A DNA stretch of 64,000 nt from the human T2T-CHM13v2.0 reference genome, Homo sapiens. The notes under the pieces are model-generated. The model made no database searches and was not told the origin of the DNA. It was given only the letters and a program-made list of their open reading frames with translations. The first letter of the stretch is position 1; every line of letters starts with the position of its first letter. The position numbers were made by a program, and so were the translations under genes. Shown piece by piece: positions 54,064 through 64,000 of this stretch. The stretch is taken from the NCBI RefSeq assembly GCF_009914755.1, contig NC_060948.1; one strand, written 5' to 3'.

Positions 54064-54725
54064 CTTCCACGGCCTGCATGGTGTCTTTCTGGCTTTGGGA
54101 ATTCCCGTATGACTTTGGCAAGTGTTGGAGTTTGGGGACTGTTCACCACAGGAGTGTTTCTTTATCCTTTTGGAAACAAAAGACAGCTTATAAAAGCTGG
54201 AAAAGAAAAGTAAAACTGAAAATGTGCCTTCGGGTATTGCTACTTCAGATATAATGCTCTTAGCACCTGGTTCCCTGGACTGTGATTGGTCCCTCGGCAC
54301 AGAATTCTTTATGTTTGTTTGGGCTGGGCAGATAGTACAGGTGGGCAGATAGTACAGGTGGGTTGAAAGTGGCTGTCTAATTATCATTTGGGATTGAGTC
54401 TGTTGTGTGCTGTGTAACTTTAATTTTCTTCCTCGCTTTTTGGGTCAGTTGAGACCAACTGGGAAGTGATGCTTTCAGTAACCTTATGGCAGCACAACCC
54501 TCCATTTTGTATGATTGTGCTTTACAACATCAAGGCAGAGTTTTACTGGACATTTTATGTTTGACGTTCATATGCCTGGCTTTAGTACTGAGGGACTTTG
54601 ATGTTCACACAATGTCGTGTTCAGTGCCCTCAGGTACACTTGTACCATAGATAAGCTCGTACATTGATATTCATCTTTCTGGAAAGACAACTCAGAAACT
54701 TATATTTAGTCGTTCTGATTCTCAG
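54064..54725 (+). pseudogene. OFD1: Homolog of the alternative 5' extension of OFD1 exon 11 (short isoform)
   Basis: cag|cttccac encodes (N)FHGLHGVFLALGIPV*, matching the recalled C-terminus of the truncated OFD1 isoform, NFHRLHGVCLALGILI*. Confidence 0.7.
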
Positions 54726-54795
54726 GTATCAACTTGAACTAACAGATGACTACATCATTAGAATTAATCGACTGAAGATGAAAGGAAGAATAAAA
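54726..54795 (+). pseudogene. OFD1: OFD1-like exon 11
   Basis: YQLELTDDYIIRINRL / EDERKNK versus [24 protein letters not shown]. Confidence 0.9.
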
Positions 54796-55900
54796 GTGAT
54801 GTTTGGATGCGGTAAGAAGCCATAGTTTTCAGTTGTGATACAGGTTATCAGCTTCCCAATTTGGGTCTGTTTCATATTCTTAAAAAAAAATACGTCACAC
54901 TTCATTGTCTTGTCTATAGTTCACTTTTTTTTGTAATTTTAATTATGTAAAAATTAACAAAATGGTTTTCACTGACTTTTGAGAAACCATTATCCTTAAT
55001 ATTTTATATAATCAGAAAGGCCAGTTTTTTTTCTGTATATTTTATTAAACTTTATTTGAATATATGTTGATAAATCTATAATTATCAAGAAGTCGACAGC
55101 AACTTATTGCCTCTGATACCTATTACTTTTACCCTTGAGATACCTTCTTTTTCACTTAGGAAAATTTTAACTTCTCTGTCTCCTGTGACATAGCTTCTTA
55201 TTTTGTTGGCTTCTAATGTATTTCTTTATTTATAATATTTTTACTGTATATATAACCTCCTGGAATCTTGTATATATTGCCCTTGAGACTGGAAGGTGAG
55301 TACTTTCTCAATCTTCATATATTTCATATTTCAATATATTCCTAGGAAATTGCCTGTAAGGAGAGGTGACGTTTTGTTGGAATTTTCAGTTAGACTATTG
55401 GGAGTATACCAAAGTAGTTATTTGATGTTGTCCAGACACCCAGTGTGTGGTTTCCCCTTTTACTACTATCTTGTGGAGACTAACCCTTCTTTTATAAATT
55501 ACTACCATCATCTATGTAACAAATTTTGCCTTGATATTATATCTACATAGATTCAAGTTAAATAAAATGAAAATGAGAAAGTAATACCTACAATACAATA
55601 ACAATATTGTCTTTTACAATATAGTAACAGACAGATCTTCTTCTTCAAGGAACTTAAAACCTCTCTGGTTAGCAGGTGTAGATGGTGGAATTTCACCACA
55701 TAGATGACAGTTATAGCTTCACATCACCTGTTAGCTAACAGGGCTTATTTCTTACTTGCCTGTGAAAGTTTTGTCCCCTACACAGGCTATTTCTATTACA
55801 AAATAATGGTCATTAGGTCTGACATACTGGCCATAAATATTAAATAGCTTTTGTATTTACCAGGAAAACATTATGGTGTTTAAAGGGCTCCTTCTTTCAG

Positions 55901-55991
55901 GAAAACCTGTTTACTTGCAAGAGGAGAACACAGTTACTAATTCAAAAAGGAGGAACTCAATGAATCAGTAAATTTTATGTAAGAACTTGAC
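55901..55991 (+). pseudogene. OFD1: OFD1-like exon 12
   Basis: KPVYLQEENTVTNSK / EELNESVNFM*EL versus [29 protein letters not shown]. Confidence 0.88.
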
Positions 55992-56679
55992 GTCATTGTT
56001 CAGCATATTTTTTGAAATAGATTTTAAGCAATATATAAAATTTTAGTTATACGTAATTTATCCAAAGTCTTCCTCTTGATGTTTAAACTGCCATTTCTAT
56101 GGCGAAGAAGGGGATGACTAAAGTTAATTCAATAGTTCTTAACTTCAGTCAACGCCATATAGGAAAATGTAGATAGTGCTTTGATTCTTAGAGTGCTTCT
56201 TGCATCTTATCTGTGTGTCTAATTTCTTGTGTGCCTTTGGGCGGTCCTTTGCGTATTCCTCAGCTGTAAACTGTAGGATATTTTCCACACTACAGGGTTG
56301 TAGAGGGAATTCAGTGAGCTAACTTATATGCCTAATTCATAGCAGGTGGCCAATATTATTACTGCTCTGTTACTACATCAGCCTTGTCTCTCTTTCCATC
56401 AGCAGCAGCTAAAAATTTCTGTCGTTACAGCGTTATCTCACAGATTAAAACAAAATGTATTGCATTTATCACACGCCATTGCTTCCTTAGTTTTCTGTTT
56501 ATTCTTGTGCTTGCTGTCTGAAGATGAAGCTGGAACTTTAGGCACTTAAAACATTTTAAATCTAAAGTTTATTTTGCAAGTTTAACTTACGTGAGAACTT
56601 TGTAGGCCTTCATATGCAAATATGAGATATAGTATACTAAGAAAAGAAAAGCACTACACAAAATGTTATTTTTGTTTGT

Positions 56680-57290
56680 TTGTTTGTTTTTTGAGACTGA
56701 GTCTCATGCTGTCATTCAGCCTAGACTGCACTAGTGTGATCTCGGCTCACTACAATCATTACCTCCCAGATACAATCAATTCTTGTGTCTCCACCTCCCG
56801 AAAAGCTGGGATTATAGCCATGCCCCACCACACCAAGCAAATTATGTATTTCTTTTTTTACTTTCTTTCTTTTATATTTTTTAAGATGGAGTCTCAGTCT
56901 GTTACCCAGGCTTGAGTGTAATGATGTGAACTGGGCTCACTGCAACCACTGCCTTGGGGTTCAAATGATTGTCCTGCTTCAACCTCCTGGGTAGCTGGTA
57001 TTACAGACACCCACTGCCATGCCCGGCTAATATTTGTTGTTTTAGTAGAGATGGGGTTTCACCATGTTGGCTAGGCTGCTCTCAAATGTTTGACCTCAAG
57101 TGATCTACCCTTCATGGTCTTACAGTGTGCTGGGATTACATGTTTGAGCCACAGTGCCCTGCTGTATTTTTAGTAGAGATGGAGTTTTCCATGTTGTACA
57201 TGGTCGTCTGTAACTTCTGAGTTCAAGCAATCCTCTCATCTTGGCTTCCCAAAGTGCTGGAGTTACAGGCGGGACACACCATGCCTGCAC
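56680..57290 (-). mobile_element. Nested Alus: an AluS (~56875-57162) inserted in the central A-rich linker of an older Alu
   Basis: The outer Alu stops at tgtattt (~56850) and resumes at tgtatttttagtagagat (~57164). Confidence 0.82.
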
Positions 57291-57620
57291 ATTTTTACCT
57301 TAACTTTTCATATTTAAAACAAAGCTATATTTCTATTATGAGTGATTGTTGTTAGGTTCTTAGCTGCTTCTGAAAAATGGGGTGATAATCTTAGAAGGAC
57401 TTGCTTCATGGGATGTGGTCCATAAAACTTCCTCTGCCCCAGTTGTAGGGCAGAAGACAATTTCTGTTACTGTAGTTTGGCCTTTTTTTGCAGAGATTCA
57501 GACATCTGTTTACTGACCTTAGTTAAATTGTGACACTATGCCTAAAGGAGCCTGCAAGCTTTTATTTTTGCTCACTATGAAGTCATCATTCAATTGTAAA
57601 ATTTCCTTTTTAAGTTTCAG

Positions 57621-57768
57621 GTTGACTTAATGTCTGTAAAAGCACAGTCTTTGGCAATAACAAAACAAACATATGCTGAATGAAAATGTTTAAGAGATGG
57701 ATGACTATTTACTACTAAAAGAAGAAAAATTGGAAGAGAATAAAATGAAAACATGCATCTCCTAAACC
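57621..57768 (+). pseudogene. OFD1: OFD1-like exon 13 with an internal deletion
   Basis: SVKAQSLAITKQ / HMLNENV*EMDDYLLLKEEKLE / NENMHLLN; LLAQNKLLKQQLE missing; donor gt mutated to at. Confidence 0.9.
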
Positions 57769-57773
57769 ATATG

Positions 57774-57990
57774 TCCACCCCCTAGGTTCAAGCAATTCTC
57801 CTGCCTTTGCCTCCCAAGTAGCTCAGACTGCAGGAATGCACCACCCACACCCGGCAAATTTTTGAATATTTAATAGAGACAGGGTTTCACCACATTGGCC
57901 AGGCTGGTCTCAATCTTTTGACCAAAATGATCCACCAGCCTCACCTCATGAGTTGCTGAGATTACAGGCGCAATCCACTGTGCACGGCTT
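57774..57990 (-). mobile_element. Truncated Alu abutting OFD1-like exon 13
   Basis: ggttcaagcaattctcctgcct...ggccaggctggtctc. Confidence 0.88.
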
Positions 57991-58589
57991 GCATGTTTTA
58001 GTGATTCATACTAGGTCAGTATTATAAAACTATGCTTTGTCCTTGTAAGGGGAGGCTTAAATTGGGAAGATTTATAAAATTAAAATTTCTGGATTAAACT
58101 CTGCTAACCTGCCTCTAGGTGGTATCAAGACATTTTTTGCCCTCTACCTGCTGATTGGGTTTGGCCAGTGGGGACACCAGCCTACGCATACAGTGGCACT
58201 GGACTTGCTGCTGTGTCTCAAGGCCAAGTGACGTCATAGTTCCTGTGATGACATCTTTCAAGTTCTCTGCACCATCCGCCTCTCTCCATTGCTGAGAATT
58301 TCTCCCTCCTTTAAATCTCACTCCCAAGGAGTGCTAAGAGTGTCATCCTGCTACTATCCCCGGGAACTCTGCCATCTATTGTGAGTACCTTGAATAAGTC
58401 ACTCTTTATTAAAAAGTTCTTAGATGACTTTGATTGTGGGGCCCATCTAATTTCTGCCTGGATCCCAACTGCTGCTGGCGAATGCACAGATTACATTGAA
58501 TCTCGTGTCTGTCATCAAAAGGTAGACCAGATAGCTCCTTCTGTGCATGGTAGAGGTGAGAAAGAGGTTTTCAGATTAATTTGAGAATG

Positions 58590-59146
58590 TGAGTTCTTTT
58601 TTTCTCCACCATTGTGCATTCCACGAGCAATGAATGAATTCCTGTTTTCCCTCCAGCAAATCATTTGTCATGTTTTAAAAATGGTTTAGCCGTTCCAACA
58701 AATATAAATGGGCCATGCTATCTCATTGTTGTAATTTTCAGTCCCTTAAAGATATATGAGTTTGAGCAACTTTTTGTTTGCTTTCTGTCGGTGTATTTTC
58801 ATTGGTGTGTTCAGCTCTTTACTCATTGTTAATTGGGTAGTATATCTTAATTTTGAGTTTCAAGATCGGTGTATTTTCAGTGCAAGTTCTTGCTTAGATC
58901 TGTATTTTGCAGATATTTCTTTTCAGTCTTTTGCTTATCTTTCTATTTCCTGAATAAGATTTTACTCAGAGTACAAACTATTAATATAAGAAAACTAATA
59001 TTATTAATTATTTTTACCATTACTGATCAGCTTTGGTGTCATTTGTTAAAACTTATGACCAAACCTGAGGTCACATAAATTTCTTTCTGTACTTTCTTCT
59101 AGAATTTGCATAGTTTTACATTTCCAGTTAATGGCTCCTTCACCAT
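58590..59146 (-). mobile_element. Old L1M ORF2/3' fragment
   Basis: caccattgtgcattccac.agcaatg, tatctcattgttgt, ttttgcagatatttc, tttggtgtcat, ttttacattt. Confidence 0.75.
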
Positions 59147-59174
59147 TAAAAAAAAAAAAAGAAAAAAACAGGAA

Positions 59175-60672
59175 AGGGGGAATTGCTGGCAAGACGTCTG
59201 AAGAAAAAGAGCTCCAGACTGCAGCTCCCAGGGAGATTGATGAAGAAAGTGAGTGATTCCTGCATTTCCACCTGAGGTACACTGTTCATCTGATAGGGAC
59301 TGGTTGAATGGTGGCTGCAGCCCATGGAGTGTGAGCTGAAGCAGGGTAGGTCATCACCTCTCCCGGGAAGCCTAATGGGTCGGGAAATTTTCTCATTTAC
59401 ACAGGAGAAGCTGTGAGGGAGTTAGCCTGAGGAACCATGCACCCTGTGCCTAAAATGTGCTTCTCCCATGGTCTTGAAAACCTGCAGACCAGGAGATTGC
59501 GTTTGGTAACTGCACCATGAGGGCCGTGGGTTTCAAGCACAAAAATGGGGTTGTTAGAAAAAACAATGAACTAATTGTAGGAGTGTTTTGTTGTTGTTGT
59601 TGTTGTTGTTTTTATTACCCCAGTGGTGCCTGGAATGCTAAGGAGACAGGACTGTTCACTCCCCTGAAAAGGAGTGCGGAGGCCAAGGAGCCAAGTGATC
59701 TGGCTTAGCAGGTGCCATCCCCGATGGTGGCAATCCAACTATGGTTCACCAGATTGAAATTCTCGCTGCCAGCACAGCAGCAGTCTGAGATCTACCTGGG
59801 ACACTGGAGCTTGGTGGGGGGATGGGCATCTTCCGTTGCTGAGGCTTGAGTAGGCTGCTTTACCTCATGGTGTAAACAAAGCCTCAGAGAAGTTTGAACT
59901 GCAGCTCAGCAAGGCTGATGTGGCCAGACTGCCAGATTTCTTCTCTCCGGGTAGGGTATTTTCGAAACAAATGATAGCAGCCCCAGTCAGGGGCTTACAA
60001 ATAAAAACCCCATCTCCCTGGGACAGAGCACCTGGGGGAAAAGGAAGCCATGGATGCAGCTTCAGCAAACTTCAACATCCCCGCCTGATGGCTCTGAAGG
60101 AGCAGCACACCTCCCATTACAGTGCACTGGCTCTGCTAATGGTCAGAGTGCCTTCTCAAGTGGAACCCTGACCTCTGTGTATCCTGACTGGGAGACACCT
60201 CCTGGCAGGGGCCGACAGACACCTTGTATTGGAGAGCACTGGCTAGCATCTGACAGATGCCCCTTGAGGATATAGCTTCAGAGAAAGAATAGCCAGCAAT
60301 CAATGAGACAGAAAATTAACAAGGATAGTCAGGACTTGAACTCAGCTGTGGACTAAGTAAACCTAATAGACATCTACAGAACTATCCACCCCCAAATCAA
60401 CAGAATATACATTCTTCTGAGTTCCACATAACATGTATTCAAAAACTGACCACATAATTGGAAGGAAAACACTCCTCAGCAAATGCAAAAGAATGGAAAT
60501 TATAGCAAAGAGCCTCCCAGACCACAGTGCAATGAAATGAGAACCCAGGATTCAGAAACTCACACAAACCTGCACAACTACATAGAAACTGAACATTTAG
60601 GAGCAGGCTGTAAATCATTGCTGGGTAAATAATGAAATAAGGTAGAAATAAAGTTGTTCTTTGAAACCAATG
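59175..60672 (+). mobile_element. L1PA (older) 5'UTR fused directly to ORF2 endonuclease sequence, ORF1 deleted
   Basis: tgcagctcccag, tgcatttcca.ctgaggtac (5'UTR), then at ~60300 caatgagacagaaaattaacaaggat..gacatctacagaact (ORF2). Confidence 0.9.
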
Positions 60673-60679
60673 AACCTTT

Positions 60680-60972
60680 ACTGTTAACCACCCCTTTACT
60701 CTATGCTTCTGTAAGTTTGACTGCTTTTATTTCTAGGTATAAATGAGATTATGTAGTATCTGTCTTTGTGTGCCTGGCTTATTTGACTTAACATAATATT
60801 TTCTGGGTCCATCTATGTTGCTGCAAAAATCGGATTTCATTCTTTTTGGGGCTGAGTAGTATGCCATTGCAGATGCATAACATAATTTCTTTATTAATTC
60901 ATCCGTTTATGGACACTTAGGTGGATTCCGTATCTTGGCTATTATGAATAGTGCTGCAATAAACATGGGATT
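60680..60972 (-). mobile_element. L1MA-like 3' fragment
   Basis: tgcctggcttatttgacttaacataat, tcttggctattatgaatagtgctgcaataaacatggga. Confidence 0.85.
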
Positions 60973-61560
60973 GTACCTAGGTATTTTTCAAAGAGTAAAA
61001 TTTCAATTAAGGCTATTTATCAAATATTAAAACTGAGATGATTTAATTGCTTAACTAAAAATTGGATGGGTTTCTGGAAAGATGGTAGTGGTAGTAACTG
61101 CATAGTGTTTATCTATTGCCAAATTCCCACCCAAAAACAGACAGAGCAACTAGAAATCAAACCCCCTAATTCATGGACAATACGGCCAGCAAACTAGATG
61201 CCAGAGTATCCCAGAACCACAAACACATTGGAGTCATTCTATGCCACCAGCAGCCCCTTTGTATGAAGTCAGCTGTCAGCTGTCTCTGTGAAAAAATTTA
61301 GGTGGTGCTTTAGTTCTTTAAGAATTTAAAAATCACATACATATCAAAATATGATTTTTATATTAAGGGATGAAGAGGAAGAGTTGGTATATGAAATGGG
61401 TGCTTGACATTTCTATAATTGTTGTGTCTTAAAGCTTGTGCTGGTTGCTGGGGCACTTCAAGATCCATTCTGATCATAAAATATCTGGGATGATGCTGTT
61501 TTACATCTCTTTGATGCTTTTCATACTACACCCAGCTCTGGAAACACCTAGCTTTTAGCC

Positions 61561-62260
61561 ATATAATTATATATAATTATTACATATAAGATAATTAAAA
61601 AATATATATTTTTAATTATAATATAATTAAAAAATATATATTTTTAATTATAATATAATTAAAAATATATATATTTATAAATACATATATAAATATATAA
61701 ATATATAATTATATATAAAATATATAATATATAAAATATATAATTATATAAATATATAATTATATATAAAATATATAATTATATATTTATATAATTATAT
61801 ATAATTATATATTAATTATATATAATTATATATTTTATATATTATATTATATATAAATTTATTATATATAAGATTATATAAAATTATATATAATTATAAT
61901 TATATACAATATAATATATAATTATAATTATATAAAATATATTTTATATAATTATAATTATATATAATATTGTATATAATAAATAAATATATAATATAAT
62001 TATATAAAATATATAATTATAATTATATAAAATATATAATATATAAATATATAATTATATAAAATATATAATATATAAATATATAATTATATAAAATATA
62101 TAATTATATAAAAATATATTTATATAAAATATATAAAATATATATAAAATATATATAGAATATATATAAATACATATAAAACACACACACATATAAAATG
62201 TATGTGTGTGCATGTGTGTCTGAGTGTGTGTAAACACACACTATATACATATCATATATT
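61561..62260. repeat. AT-rich low-complexity (TA-derived) block
   Basis: About 600 bp almost exclusively A/T, with atataattatat motifs. Confidence 0.95.
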
Positions 62261-63024
62261 CAGATTTTAACTGTAAGTCTATGCTGCTATACATATAATA
62301 AAACATGTGTGATGTGTCCCATTGGGCTAATTTATATAAAGCAATCATAAAATACATAAGCAGAACCAGTCTGTTTTCTTTAAGAGGGATCTCATAGATA
62401 TATTCCACAGAATAAAGATCTAACACTCTTAAATGATAAATTGCTAGGTACTCCCAAGCAATTAATATAAAATGAAGCAGAATTTATTTTTGACAGTTTT
62501 TTTTTGTAGAGTCATTACTGTATCTAAAATAAAAATATTTGCTCTGATGTTGAAGTGTTTATGAAGAACCTCCATGTATCCGTGTACCTTCTTAGTTGCC
62601 TACACAATCTTATGACCCATCCCTAACAAATTAGGAGGCATATTAGCTTTTGTATTCTCTATTCTCACTCTGGCAGTGATGCCCATGCGTCACACATCTA
62701 AACAACAAAGAGTGATATTCCAACCATTAAGTCAGGGCTTATTCTGAATTCTGGGTGCATCCAATGACAAACTCTACCAGTAATAAGCAGAAGAACCCAC
62801 ACAGACATTTGCTCTGTAACTATGATTTTTTTTTGCATTGGCTTAACTAATTGGAGAGACCAATTTCTGAAACTTTTAAAGAATAATAAGAAAAGTATAC
62901 TGCGCAGTAAAATTCATTTACCTGACTTACCTATTCGTGAATTAAAGTAACTATTTTAGTGGAAAAACAGTCACCTGATACAACAAATTGTGATGTCAAT
63001 ATTTTTATTAGGTATGGCCTCTGG

Positions 63025-63400
63025 TGTTTTCTTAGTCCATTTGGGTTGCTATAGCAAAATACCAAAGATACTGGACAGGTAATAAACAACAGACATTTAT
63101 TGCCCACAGTTCTGGAGACTGGAAGTCCAGTATCAAGATGCGGCAGATTCAATGTCTGGTGGGGACCCACTTTCTCATTCATAGACAGAGCCTTCCCTCT
63201 GTGTCCTCACACTGTGGAAGGAGCAAGCGAGCTCTCTGGAATCCTTTTTGTAGGAGTGCTCATCCCATTCATGAGGCTCCACTCTCATGACCTCATCACC
63301 TCCCAGAGGCTCCACCTGAAACTACAATTGCATTGAGGTTTAGTATTTCAACATATACATTTCAGAGGACACATTTGGAGTTAGATTTCCACATATGAAT
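63025..63400 (-). mobile_element. MaLR LTR (MLT1A-like)
   Basis: cttagtccatttgggttgctatagcaaaatacca, cacagttctggagactggaagtcca, cccattcatgagg..ctcatgacct. Confidence 0.85.
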
Positions 63401-63500
63401 TTGGCTAAGGAACAAGAATTCTGCCTATAATTGGTCATAAGCAGACAAGTATTTTAAACTCATCAAAACAAACATAGATATTGGTTTAAACGTATAGATA

Positions 63501-63830
63501 GGCCAGATGTGGTGGCTCAGGATTATGCCTGTAATCCCAGCACTTCAGGAGGCCCAGGTGGGCAGATCACCTGAGGTCGGGAGTTTGAGACCAGCCTAAC
63601 CGTCACGGAGAAAACCTGTCTCTACTAAAAATACAACAACAACAACAACAACAAAATTAGCTGAGTGAGGTGGTGCATGCCTGTAATCCCAGCTACTCAG
63701 AAGGCTGAGGCAGGATAAGCACTTGAACCCAGGAGGAGAAGGTTGTGGTGAGTCGTGATTGTGCCATTGCACTGCAGTCTGGGCAACAAGAGTGAAACTC
63801 CATCTCAAAAATAAACAAACAAACAAACAC
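63501..63830 (+). mobile_element. Alu (S-like)
   Basis: ggccagatgtggtggctca...gatcacctgaggtcgggagtttgagaccagcc...gtgaaactccatctc. Confidence 0.93.
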
Positions 63831-64000
63831 GTAAAATCTAGATAACTGCTGGATTTCAGAAAGTGCTAGAATCAAGACATGGCAGGAGATCAAAGAATGA
63901 TTCTCAGCCTCATGCCTATGACTTCCTGATTCTTTACTATTTTTCATCCTTTTTCTAGAAAATGTGACAGAATGTGCACCTCCACAGCTCCTGGAGCAAT

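Larger units (their letters stand above)
38727..57768 (+). pseudogene. OFD1: Unprocessed OFD1 pseudogene (OFD1P-Y type), exons 2-5 and 7-13
   Basis: Eleven colinear exon remnants (listed individually) with stops, frameshifts and several dead splice sites. Confidence 0.95.

Overview
This is repeat-rich primate DNA, almost certainly human because it carries a near-consensus AluYa5, and I find no intact protein-coding gene. The non-repeat part is a mosaic of unprocessed pseudogene fragments. It has XKR3/XKRY-like exons (minus, 1.4-10.2 kb), USP9Y/USP9X-like exons in two opposite orientations (plus 16.6-20.0 kb, minus 23.5-29.8 kb) and a U1 snRNA retrocopy inserted inside one USP9 exon. It also has a decayed TRAPPC2/OFD1 head-to-head promoter (~38.2-38.7 kb) and an OFD1 pseudogene with exons 2-5 and 7-13 (38.7-57.8 kb). 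This combination is typical of the ampliconic/palindromic region of human Yq; that location is inferred, and I cannot say which copy this is. Gene identities come from recalled protein and RNA sequences compared by eye, not from a database search, and repeat boundaries are approximate. I found no convincing new biological system. The interesting signals are mutational and structural, plus a speculative chimeric minus-strand transcript.
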